Assembly (NCBI GenBank): GCA_035620735.1
Contig: DASPGH010000131.1
Coordinates: 18,218 to 82,217, forward strand
Origin: Acidimicrobiia bacterium
Lineage (GTDB): Bacteria; Actinomycetota; Acidimicrobiia; Spongiisociales; ZC4RG35
Direction of reading: 5' to 3'
DNA: 64,000 nt
The notes under the pieces are model-generated. The model was not told where the DNA came from. It ran no database searches and worked only from the letters and a program-made list of their open reading frames with translations. Positions 56,036 through 64,000 of the stretch are shown here, in pieces (within the stretch, counting starts at the first letter, position 1; each line of letters opens with the position of its first letter). The position numbers were made by a program, and so were the translations under genes.

Positions 56036-56165
56036 ACGACCATCAGGGCCCAGGATGATGGGAAATGAAATGTCGACTGTGATACTGCTTACGCATGCTG
56101 TCGGTTTGGCGGGTCACATCCTCCCCCAGACTTGACCGAATCGCCCTGATCACACGACACTTGTA

Positions 56166-57170
56166 CCGATCAGGCACTTCCTCAACACGTTCGACTGGTC
56201 ACTTCCCGAGCTACAGGCTCTGCTCGAGGACGCCCGCTCCTTCAAGACCGCCCCTCACTCGAGAGATCTCGAAGGAAAGACGGTCGCTCTTCTCTTTCTG
56301 AACAACTCACTGCGGACGAGGACATCGTTCGAAGTCGGCGCCTACCACATGGGCGGTCACGCCGTGGTTCTCACCCCTTCGGGCGGCATGTGGCCATTGG
56401 AGTTCGAGAAGGGTGCGGTCATGATGGGTGATGCCGAGGAGCACGCTCAGGAGGCGGCAAAGGTCCTCTCCCGCTACTGCGATCTCATCGGCATCCGGGC
56501 ATTCCCCAAGTTCGAGAACTGGGAAGAAGACCGCAAGGACCTCATCCTCAACGCCTTCGCCGAGCACGCCGAGGTACCCGTCATCAACATGGAGACCATC
56601 ACCCACCCCTGTCAGGAGATGGCTATGACCATGGCACTGCAGGATCACGTCGGTGATCTCGAGGGCAAGAAGTTCCTCCTCACCTGGAGCTATCACCCCA
56701 AGCCCCTCAACACGGCTGTGGCCAACTCGGCTCTGGTGGCTGCGGCCAAGTTCGGGATGGACGTGACCCTGCTCTGCCCCACGGACGAGTACCTGCTCGA
56801 CCAGCGCTATCTCGACATCGCCGAGTCGGACGCCGGGACCAACGGCCAGGAGCTCAGCATCACTCACGACATCGACGAGGCCTACGCCGATGCGGACATC
56901 GTCTACGCCAAGAGCTGGGGTGCCCTCCCCTACTTCGGCCGATGGGCCGACGAGAAACCGGTGCGCGACCGCTTCAAGCATTTCATCGTCGACGAATCGA
57001 AAATGGCCAAGACCAACGGGGCAGTGGTCAGCCATTGCCTCCCCATGCGACGCAATGTGATCATGACCGACGGTGTCTTCGACAGCCCTGCCTGCATCGC
57101 CTACGACGAGGCCGAGAACCGGCTACACGTGCAGAAGGCGATAATGAAGACCCTCGCCACCGGTAGCTAG
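56166..57170 (+). CDS. argF': N-acetylornithine carbamoyltransferase-like transcarbamylase (ArgF' type)
   Basis: Carbamoyl-phosphate site (SLRTRTSFE), HCLP motif and strong resemblance to Xanthomonas-type AOTCase (HFIVDESKMAKTNGAVVSHCLPMRRNV ... DEAENRLHVQKAIM). The first ATG is at 56349. The conserved N-terminus (RHFLNTFDWS ...) lies upstream and is not preceded by a canonical start. Confidence 0.8.
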   Translation, partial: PIRHFLNTFDWSLPELQALLEDARSFKTAPHSRDLEGKTVALLFLNNSLRTRTSFEVGAYHMGGHAVVLTPSGGMWPLEFEKGAVMMGDAEEHAQEAAKVLSRYCDLIGIRAFPKFENWEEDRKDLILNAFAEHAEVPVINMETITHPCQEMAMTMALQDHVGDLEGKKFLLTWSYHPKPLNTAVANSALVAAAKFGMDVTLLCPTDEYLLDQRYLDIAESDAGTNGQELSITHDIDEAYADADIVYAKSWGALPYFGRWADEKPVRDRFKHFIVDESKMAKTNGAVVSHCLPMRRNVIMTDGVFDSPACIAYDEAENRLHVQKAIMKTLATGS

Positions 57171-57173
57171 AAG

Positions 57174-58505
57174 ATGGCCCCCACCCCTGACATTCGCGAG
57201 ACGATCGTTCAGCTCCTGTCCAATGTCAGTGACGGGAAGGAGATCCACACCTATCTCCAGCGCTTCTCCGAGCTGGAGAGGACCCGTTTTGCTGTGATCA
57301 AGGTCGGCGGTGCCATTCTGCGCGACCGTCTCGAGGAGACTGCCGCCTCTCTCGCCCTATTGCACACAGTTGGGCTGACACCCATCGTCATCCACGGAGG
57401 CGGACCACAACTCGACGACAAGCTCACCGCCGATGGTGTTGCCAGCGAGAAAGTCGACGGTCTCCGGGTGACCACACCCGCGGTGCTGGATGCCGCGCGC
57501 GACGTGTTCACCAGCCAGAACATCAGGCTGGTCGAGGCGATCAGGGCCCAGGGCGTCGATGCCCACGGCCTCACCCAAGGAGTGTTCGACGCCGAGCTGG
57601 TCGATCACGAAAAGTACGGGCTGGTGGGTGAGCCGACCTCGGTGCATCTCGACCTGCTGCGGTCCATCGTGAAGTCCGGCGCCATACCCATCCTCACCTG
57701 TCTCGGGGTGGTCCCCGGTGGCCAGATGGTGAACATCAACGCAGACTCGGCCACCCGCATCCTGGTCCACGAAGTGCAGCCGATGAAGATCATCTTCCTC
57801 TCCGACACCGGTGGCCTCCTCGACGGCGACGGCCTTGTGATCGACTCGATCAACCTGGCCACCGACTACGAGGAGCTGATGTCGGCCGACTGGGTTCATT
57901 CCGGCATGCGGCTGAAATTGGCCGAGATCAACCGACTGCTCCGAGACGCTCCCCTCACAACGTCGGTGTCGATCACGACTCCGAGCGCTCTGGCTCGGGA
58001 GCTGTTCACACACAGCGGAGACGGCACGCTGGTGCGCATGGGTGAGCCCATCAACCGGCTGGCCACCAGGGAGCAGGTAGAGAATCGACGACTCATCGAG
58101 CTCATCGAGGACGCGTTCGGACAGAGGCTGGAGCCGTCCTGGTGGGACGAGATCTCCCTGCTCAGCGCATACGTCTCCGAGAGCTACCGGGCAGCGGCGG
58201 TGGTGGCCGAGCTCGACGAGTTCGTCTACTTGGACAAGTTCGCAATCGACGAGACCGCCCGTGGAGAGGGTCTGGCCCGCACCGTTTGGGATCACATGAT
58301 CCGGGACTATCCGAGCCTCGTGTGGCGTTCACGCGCTGACAACCCCTTCAATCCCTTCTACGAGAAGGAGTCCGACGGTTCCATGACACTCAATGGCTGG
58401 ACCATCTTCTGGAAGGGCGTCTATGACTTCGAGCTGATCGGTCGTGCCGTGAAACGTCTGTCGGAGATGCCCGCCTCTTTCACCCCAGAGACCTCTCATG
58501 CCTGA
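57174..58505 (+). CDS. argB: Bifunctional N-acetylglutamate kinase / N-acetylglutamate synthase (ArgB-GNAT fusion)
   Basis: Amino-acid kinase domain (AVIKVGGAIL ... VIHGGGPQ) plus a C-terminal GNAT-like domain, 443 aa in total. Confidence 0.85.
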   Translation: MAPTPDIRETIVQLLSNVSDGKEIHTYLQRFSELERTRFAVIKVGGAILRDRLEETAASLALLHTVGLTPIVIHGGGPQLDDKLTADGVASEKVDGLRVTTPAVLDAARDVFTSQNIRLVEAIRAQGVDAHGLTQGVFDAELVDHEKYGLVGEPTSVHLDLLRSIVKSGAIPILTCLGVVPGGQMVNINADSATRILVHEVQPMKIIFLSDTGGLLDGDGLVIDSINLATDYEELMSADWVHSGMRLKLAEINRLLRDAPLTTSVSITTPSALARELFTHSGDGTLVRMGEPINRLATREQVENRRLIELIEDAFGQRLEPSWWDEISLLSAYVSESYRAAAVVAELDEFVYLDKFAIDETARGEGLARTVWDHMIRDYPSLVWRSRADNPFNPFYEKESDGSMTLNGWTIFWKGVYDFELIGRAVKRLSEMPASFTPETSHA

Positions 58506-59421
58506 GACCTACGGGGTCGGCGTCGTCGGTGCCCGGGGCCACACGGGTGCCGAGTTGATGCGATTGCTCGACGACCACCCATACGTCGAAGTCGTCTTCG
58601 CCGGATCACGCGAGCTGGCCGGAGAGCCGGTGCCGGGGGTCGAAGGGCTCACGTTCGAGAACGTGGGACCCGACGACGTGGCCAACCGCGATCTCGACGC
58701 CCTCTTCCTCGCATTGCCCGACGGCATCGGAGGGCCCTACACGGATGAAATCGCTGACGACACGGTGGTCGTGGACATCTCGGCGGATCATCGATTCGAC
58801 GATGACTGGGTCTACGGGCTGCCCGAGATGTTTCGGGAGAAGATCCAGGGCGCGCGTCGCATCGCCAACCCCGGGTGCTACGCAACCGCACTCCAACTGG
58901 CCGTAGCTCCTTTCGTAGACCAGATCGAGGGGGTGCCGACTGTCTTCGGTGTGTCTGGATATTCCGGTGCGGGCACCACGCCTTCACCACGCAACGACCC
59001 GGAGAACCTGAAGGACAACCTGATCCCATACCGGCTGACCGGCCACAACCACGAGAAGGAAGGGATTCGCCACCTGGAGCGAACCGTCCGCTTCATGCCC
59101 CACGTTCATCCGGCGTTTCGCGGGCTCCTGGTGACGGCGCACATGCCGCTGGGCGAACCGACCACGGTGGAGTCGGCATACGACCGACTCACCTCGGCGT
59201 ATGCGAGTGAAGCTCTGGTCGACGTCCAGGAAGAGATCCCCACGCTCAAGGACGGCACGGAACGCATGGGGGTTCTCATCGGTGGAACGACTGTCAGCGA
59301 CGACGGATTGGGTCTGACGGTGGTAGCGGTGGAGGACAACCTCCTGAAAGGAGCTGCCGTGCAGGCGGTGCAAAACCTGAACCTCGCCCTGGGCGTGCCT
59401 GAGATCTCTGGCATTCTTTGA
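58498..59421 (+). CDS. argC: N-acetyl-gamma-glutamyl-phosphate reductase (short ArgC/LysY type)
   Basis: NAD-binding N-terminus (VGVVGARGHTGAEL) and the catalytic Cys region (ANPGCYATA). Confidence 0.9.
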   Translation: MPETYGVGVVGARGHTGAELMRLLDDHPYVEVVFAGSRELAGEPVPGVEGLTFENVGPDDVANRDLDALFLALPDGIGGPYTDEIADDTVVVDISADHRFDDDWVYGLPEMFREKIQGARRIANPGCYATALQLAVAPFVDQIEGVPTVFGVSGYSGAGTTPSPRNDPENLKDNLIPYRLTGHNHEKEGIRHLERTVRFMPHVHPAFRGLLVTAHMPLGEPTTVESAYDRLTSAYASEALVDVQEEIPTLKDGTERMGVLIGGTTVSDDGLGLTVVAVEDNLLKGAAVQAVQNLNLALGVPEISGIL

Positions 59422-60044
59422 GCAACCACGACTCCGGCATCACGGTCGTCGGGACCGGGTCCGCAGACACCGCACCAGACGTCATGAGCGTCGACATTGG
59501 TGTGTCCGTGAGGTCTGACACAGTCGAGAGTGCCTCGTCACAGACCCGCGCCCACGCGACCTCCCTGATCGAGGCGTTGACCGCCCGGGGTCTGGACCAC
59601 AAGGACATCGCAACCCGCAACTTCTCGGTTCATCCCGAATACGACCATCGCGACGGTCAGGAGCGACTGCTCGGATACCGGGTGACAAACGACCTGACGG
59701 TGACGATACGGGACGTTGCCGGGGCCGGCTCGATCCTCGACGCCGCCATCTCGGCAGTCGGCGACCCGGTGACGATCAACCGGGTTCAGCTTTCGGTAGA
59801 CGACGAGACCGCGGCGCGGGACAGGGCCCGAGAGGCGGCGTGGGGTGATGCATTGGCCCGCGCCGAGCATCTGGCCCGGCTGGCCGGTGCCACATTGGGC
59901 CCGGCTGTGAGCATCGTCGAGTCCGCCGGTCAGATGATGCCGCCGAGACCGATGATGCGAGCTGCGTTGGCCGAGGCCACGCCGATAGAGGCCGGCACCG
60001 CTTCGATCACGGTCACCCTCGAGGTGCGTTTCGGGCTGGATTGA
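59418..60044 (+). CDS. SIMPL-domain (DUF541) protein
   Basis: 208 aa with DUF541-like repeats (GITVVGTGSADTAPDVMSV ... RVTNDLTVTI). Confidence 0.7.
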   Translation: MSNHDSGITVVGTGSADTAPDVMSVDIGVSVRSDTVESASSQTRAHATSLIEALTARGLDHKDIATRNFSVHPEYDHRDGQERLLGYRVTNDLTVTIRDVAGAGSILDAAISAVGDPVTINRVQLSVDDETAARDRAREAAWGDALARAEHLARLAGATLGPAVSIVESAGQMMPPRPMMRAALAEATPIEAGTASITVTLEVRFGLD

Positions 60045-60045
60045 G

Positions 60046-63000
60046 TCAGCGAACCTTGGGCTCTGGCAGCGAGGGAGGGACGAGGGCCGGCTTGGTCTCG
60101 AGGATCGACAGTGCCTCCTCCATCGCCCGATCGAGCTGGGGGTCATCGTCGGAGAAGAAGTCCGCCGGGGTGTGGACCACTTCGATGTCGGGATCGACAC
60201 CGTGGTTCTCAACGCCCCATTGCTTGCCCTCCAGCCAGAAGGCGTAGCGGGGTTGGGTGACTGAGGTTCCGTCCACGAGATTGAATCGACCGTCTATCCC
60301 GACGACGCCTCCCCAGGTCCGTCTTCCGACGACCCCGTCGAGACCGACCGCCTGACTTGCGGCGTTGATGATGTCGCCGTCCGAGCCGGAGTACTCGTTG
60401 GCGACCAGAACCACCGGCCCCCGTGGTGACGAAGCCGGGTATGTCCCCGCTGACTCGTAGTGCCGGGAGACAGTCCAGCCCACCAGCTTCTTGGACAATC
60501 TGGCCAGCACCAGCTGACTCGTGTGCCCGCCCCGGTTGTAGCGAACGTCGACGATCACGCCCTCTCGCTCGGTGGCGTGTCGCCAGTCGCGGTGGAGCTG
60601 CGCCCAGCCGGTGCTCATCATGTCGGGGATGTGGACATAGCCGAGACGACCACCGGAGCGCTCATCGACGTACTCCCGCCGGGACCGCACCCAGTCCTGG
60701 TAGCGCAACACCTCCTCGTCGTCGATAGGAACGACCACCACGCGCCGGTCCTCACCGTTCCGTCGCAACATCAACTCGATCGGTTTGCCGGCAGCGCCGA
60801 TCAGATGACGGGCTGGGCCGAACTCGGAGTCCACCGGATTGCCGTCGACGGCGACGATCGAGTCACCCTCATGGGCGTCGACCCCGGCACCACGCAGCGG
60901 CGACCTCGCCGCCGGATCGCTGGACTCGCCAGGAAGGATGCGGTCGATACGCCACCCATCGTCTGACGGTGACAGGTCGGCCCCGAGAAGACCGAGACGG
61001 CGCTTCTGGTCACCGGGTGGCTCGATCGGGATCACGTAGGCGTGTGAGGTATTGAGCTCGGCCACGGTCTCCCAGAGCAGATCGACCAGATCGTCGTGAC
61101 TGCACAGCGAGTCGACGACCGGTCGCCATCTCTCCACCACGGCATCCCAGTCGACACCGTCCATGTCCTCTCGCCAGAAGTGATCGCGCATGAGACGGGC
61201 GGTTTCGCCGAACATCTGGCCCCACTCGACTCGCGGTTCCACCTCGAAACGCAGACGGGAGAGGTCGACATTGACCACCGACGGGTCTTTGTCGTCCTTT
61301 GGCTTCCGGTCGGCGGGCGTCACCGTGACCGATTCCTTGTAGCGCACCACCAGATTGCGCCCGTCACCGGAAACCGCATAGTCGCTCACCTTGTCCACGA
61401 CCGTCTCGACGGCGCGTTTGTGAAGCGACCAGAGCTGGATCGTGTCCGGCGTCGGCTCGTCTTTCACCCCGGCGCGTCGGGTGCCCAGGGCCCCGGTTTC
61501 CCTGTGCTCCTGGACCCACAGGATCCCCGCCTGGCATGTCGAAAGAAGTCGGTACTCACCCGATGGCACCGGGAGGGGCACGGCACGCTCCTCCGAGCCC
61601 TCGGCGTCGAGGTCGGGGCTGGTCTCGACCTCCGGCTCTTCCTCCTTGTCGTCTGCCTTGTTGGACTCGTCCTTTTCCTGTGGGCTGATTCTCCAGCCCT
61701 CAGCACTAGGCCCAAAGGGAGCGGGCTCACTTGCCGAGATCGGGATCAGCCAGGGACGGGTGCTGCCGGCGAAGGAGAGTGCGAACTCGTGAGCGTCATA
61801 CTCGGGGTCGAAGGTTCGCTCGGACAGGAACACGACATGCTTGCCGTCGAAGGTGAAAGCCGGGTCGTGGTCGTGGAACGTTCCCGAGGTGAGCGGAACG
61901 ACGTCACCGTCAGATCGGGTGTCGAGAATCATGAGCTGGTGCAGAGCCACCGACGACTCGATGGGTTGCGACCAGAGCAGATATCGGCCATCTGGCGAGA
62001 AACTCGGGGACTGTGCCTCCCCCTCCCTCGAGACAGCCACTTGATCGACCGATCCGCTCTCGATCTCGACTATCGAGATGCGACCGTCGTGGGAGATGAC
62101 GGCTACCCGCTCTCCCTCGGGGTCGCTGGCCATCGAGAGGACCCGCCCCAGCTCACCGAGAGCAATCGTCCTGGGGGACTCCTCCCCGGTGAGGTGGTGG
62201 ATCTCGAGGGCGTCGTCGCCTCCGGCGTCCGTGGCGAACACGCCGAAACCGGTTCGCCCCAGCAGGACAGGCTCCCGGACTCTCACCCCGGAACCGGCGG
62301 CGAGCGCGCGAGCGGGGCCTTCGCGGTGAGTGAGCCAGTAGCCGTTGCCGCGCCAGGTGACGAGGCTGGCGTCACCTCCGTGGTCGGGATCGGGCCGACT
62401 CAGATTCTTCGTCGGCCTCGCCTGGAACGTCTCCGGTTCGACCCCGGGAGTGGACACTTCGATCTCGCGCGGCTTGGAGGCGAGGTCGTCCAAGAGAAAG
62501 ATCCTTCCTCTGCTGTGCCATACGACACTCGTGCCATCGGTTGCCGCGTCCCGGACGTACCCGACGTCCGGCGCCTGATGTGTTATCTGCTGGGCCTGGG
62601 ACGACTCGTCCGGGATTCCCTCCTCGAAGGCCCAGACGTTGGCCTGCTCGCTGGCCTGGGCCGCGGTCCCCGGCAGCTTCGCCGCTCGGTCGGAGACGAA
62701 GACGAGACGGCCCCCGACCCACATCGGATCGACCAGCGAAGCCGGCTCGTCAGAGAGGAGTTGAACCCATGAGCCGTCGTCTGACGCGTCGAGCCACAGA
62801 CGTGGCGCAGCTCCACCTCGATATCGTTTCCAGTGCGACGGTGGACGGGACCCGGGCGTGCTCAGAGCAACCGCTCCATCTGGAGCCACAGCCACTCCCC
62901 ACGCCGGCCCATAGTCGAGACGCTCGACAGAACCATCCAGACCCACTGCCTTGACGACGGTGTGGCGCAGATTGAACTCCCCGGCGTGAGAGGCGACCAG

Positions 63001-63342
63001 GACCCTGCCGTGGTCTGTCCACCCGAGGACCAGCGTGTTCTTGGCTCCCCACCAGGTGATCCGGCGGGCCGCTCCATCGCCGGCCACTGGAACGACATAC
63101 GCCTCGGGGTGGCCGTCGCGTAGCGAGACGAAGGCAACGTTGGCCCCGTCGGGGGAGAACCTGGGAGTGCGCACGGGCTCTCTGTCGTCGGTGAGTCTCC
63201 AAGCCCGACCGCCTTCCACCGGTGCCAACCACACGTCATCGGCGGCTACGAAGGCGATCAGGCCGTCATGGATGTGGGGATAACGCAGGTAGGAGCTCAC
63301 CTCTGTGACATTAACGCTGGCCCAATTGACGGCCGGTCCCAT
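60046..63342 (-). CDS. tri: Tricorn protease homolog (S41 family), beta-propeller plus PDZ plus peptidase
   Basis: About 1100 aa with Tricorn-type domain order and the C-terminal S41 catalytic region (VVLVANEYSGSDGDII). The track ORF runs to 63423, but the start is probably at 63342 to avoid overlapping the VOC gene. Confidence 0.85.
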   Translation of the reverse strand: MGPAVNWASVNVTEVSSYLRYPHIHDGLIAFVAADDVWLAPVEGGRAWRLTDDREPVRTPRFSPDGANVAFVSLRDGHPEAYVVPVAGDGAARRITWWGAKNTLVLGWTDHGRVLVASHAGEFNLRHTVVKAVGLDGSVERLDYGPAWGVAVAPDGAVALSTPGSRPPSHWKRYRGGAAPRLWLDASDDGSWVQLLSDEPASLVDPMWVGGRLVFVSDRAAKLPGTAAQASEQANVWAFEEGIPDESSQAQQITHQAPDVGYVRDAATDGTSVVWHSRGRIFLLDDLASKPREIEVSTPGVEPETFQARPTKNLSRPDPDHGGDASLVTWRGNGYWLTHREGPARALAAGSGVRVREPVLLGRTGFGVFATDAGGDDALEIHHLTGEESPRTIALGELGRVLSMASDPEGERVAVISHDGRISIVEIESGSVDQVAVSREGEAQSPSFSPDGRYLLWSQPIESSVALHQLMILDTRSDGDVVPLTSGTFHDHDPAFTFDGKHVVFLSERTFDPEYDAHEFALSFAGSTRPWLIPISASEPAPFGPSAEGWRISPQEKDESNKADDKEEEPEVETSPDLDAEGSEERAVPLPVPSGEYRLLSTCQAGILWVQEHRETGALGTRRAGVKDEPTPDTIQLWSLHKRAVETVVDKVSDYAVSGDGRNLVVRYKESVTVTPADRKPKDDKDPSVVNVDLSRLRFEVEPRVEWGQMFGETARLMRDHFWREDMDGVDWDAVVERWRPVVDSLCSHDDLVDLLWETVAELNTSHAYVIPIEPPGDQKRRLGLLGADLSPSDDGWRIDRILPGESSDPAARSPLRGAGVDAHEGDSIVAVDGNPVDSEFGPARHLIGAAGKPIELMLRRNGEDRRVVVVPIDDEEVLRYQDWVRSRREYVDERSGGRLGYVHIPDMMSTGWAQLHRDWRHATEREGVIVDVRYNRGGHTSQLVLARLSKKLVGWTVSRHYESAGTYPASSPRGPVVLVANEYSGSDGDIINAASQAVGLDGVVGRRTWGGVVGIDGRFNLVDGTSVTQPRYAFWLEGKQWGVENHGVDPDIEVVHTPADFFSDDDPQLDRAMEEALSILETKPALVPPSLPEPKVR

Positions 63343-63365
63343 GGATGCGGCCAGTGGGTGTGTGA

Positions 63366-63743
63366 CTACATCCCGGGGTTTGGCTGCCAGAGTTGGACCC
63401 GATTCCCCTCGGGATCCCAACAATGCCCGAAACGCCCATTCACGTCTTCGAACGTCCCGTCACTGATATCCACACCACTGGAGCGCAATTGTTCGAGCAG
63501 CCCGTCGAGATCGTCGACCCGATAGTTGATCATCCATTGGAGGTGGGGCGGCCACTCGAATGAAGTCGTGTCGGAGGGAAACGGGCCCCAGACCGTCGAG
63601 CCCTTGACCTCGTCTCCCCACCAGATCACAACGAATCCCTCGTCGTCGACCGGCAGCCCCAAGTGCTCGACATACCAATCGCGCAGGGTCTTGGGGTCTT
63701 CGCACTTGAAGAAGACGCCGCCGATTCCTGTCACTTTGGGCAC
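63366..63743 (-). CDS. VOC (glyoxalase / bleomycin-resistance fold) family protein
   Basis: 125 aa with a glyoxalase-like beta-alpha-beta-beta-beta module (GIGGVFFKCEDP ... GHCWDPEGNRVQL). Confidence 0.8.
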   Translation of the reverse strand: MPKVTGIGGVFFKCEDPKTLRDWYVEHLGLPVDDEGFVVIWWGDEVKGSTVWGPFPSDTTSFEWPPHLQWMINYRVDDLDGLLEQLRSSGVDISDGTFEDVNGRFGHCWDPEGNRVQLWQPNPGM

Positions 63744-63782
63744 GAGCCGACTCTACGACGCTTCAGCCACCACTAGCTTGAG

Positions 63783-64000
63783 CTCATGGCATTCACGGCC
63801 GTGGAGCTGATCGAGACCAAACGTGATGGAGGCGCGCTGAGCCGCGCTGCGATCGATTGGCTCATCTCCGCTTACACCGAAGGGAGTGTCCCTGACTATC
63901 AGATGTCGGCGCTGGCTATGGCAATCCTCCTCAACGGGATGACACCCGATGAGCTAGCGGCCTGGACTCGGGCGATGCTGGAGTCCGGAGAGGTGATGGA
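63783..64000 (+). CDS. deoA: Thymidine / pyrimidine-nucleoside phosphorylase, 5' fragment truncated by the window end
   Basis: N-terminal helical domain (ELIETKRDGGALSRAAIDWLISAYTEGSVPDYQMSALAMAILLNGMT). Confidence 0.7.

Noticed and set aside
55550-56068. 172-aa plus-strand ORF between the hypothetical gene and argF'
   Set aside because: It is antisense to the HNH-endonuclease remnant, whose HNH motif match is convincing. There is no family resemblance on the plus strand.
56307-57035. 242-aa minus-strand ORF
   Set aside because: It lies antisense to the well-supported transcarbamylase gene.
1-64000. Search for tRNA, rRNA, CRISPR arrays and IS elements or transposases
   Set aside because: None of the non-coding gaps (largest 400 nt at 48756-49155, about 320 nt at 55841-56160, 227 nt at 32534-32760) shows tRNA-like T-arm or anticodon structure. 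There are no regularly spaced repeats and no rRNA-like conserved blocks. The only mobile-element trace is the HNH remnant.

Overview
This is a GC-rich, GC3-biased segment of an actinobacterial-type chromosome, densely coding with about 75 genes on both strands. I saw no rRNA, tRNA, CRISPR array or intact IS element.

The backbone is conserved housekeeping synteny:
- ispG-rseP-dxr-cdsA-frr-pyrH-tsf-rpsB
- queG-ybaK, a whiG-like sigma factor, and xerC-dprA-comM
- yraN-DUF2469-lepB-rplS-trmD ... rimM-KH-rpsP-ffh
- ppc, upp and argC

Several accessory blocks interrupt it:
- About 10 kb lies between comM and yraN. It carries a gamma-glutamyltransferase, a deaminase, amt-glnK-glnD with an atypical short OmpR-type regulator, an enoyl-CoA hydratase and an ABC-2 exporter.
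- A thiolase and a lipoprotein are inserted between trmD and rimM.
- A complete form I Mo-Cu CO-dehydrogenase cluster is present (coxD-coxE-x-coxM-coxS-coxL with a VAYRCSFR active-site loop). It is followed by an XdhC-family protein fused to a YHS-like metal-binding domain, then coxG, then five tandem small single-pass membrane paralogs.
- Just downstream, on the opposite strand, is a translationally coupled 6-gene operon: an XdhC-like gene, an 83-aa ORF, a second MoxR AAA+ ATPase, a second CoxE-like VWA protein, a 109-aa unknown and a 149-aa protein with a GIY-YIG-like nuclease motif. Together with the small-membrane-protein array, this is my best candidate for an undescribed system.
- Other items are a LAL-type LuxR regulator, MgtC, an LCP protein, an alkyltransferase-like (ATL) protein, a degraded HNH-endonuclease remnant, Xanthomonas-type arginine genes (argF' and a bifunctional argA/B) and a tricorn protease.

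Two caveats apply throughout. Several conserved genes (moxR copy 2, argF', rimM) have no canonical in-frame start codon preceding their conserved N-termini. All coordinates and family calls come from reading the sequence and the ORF track only; no database search was run.
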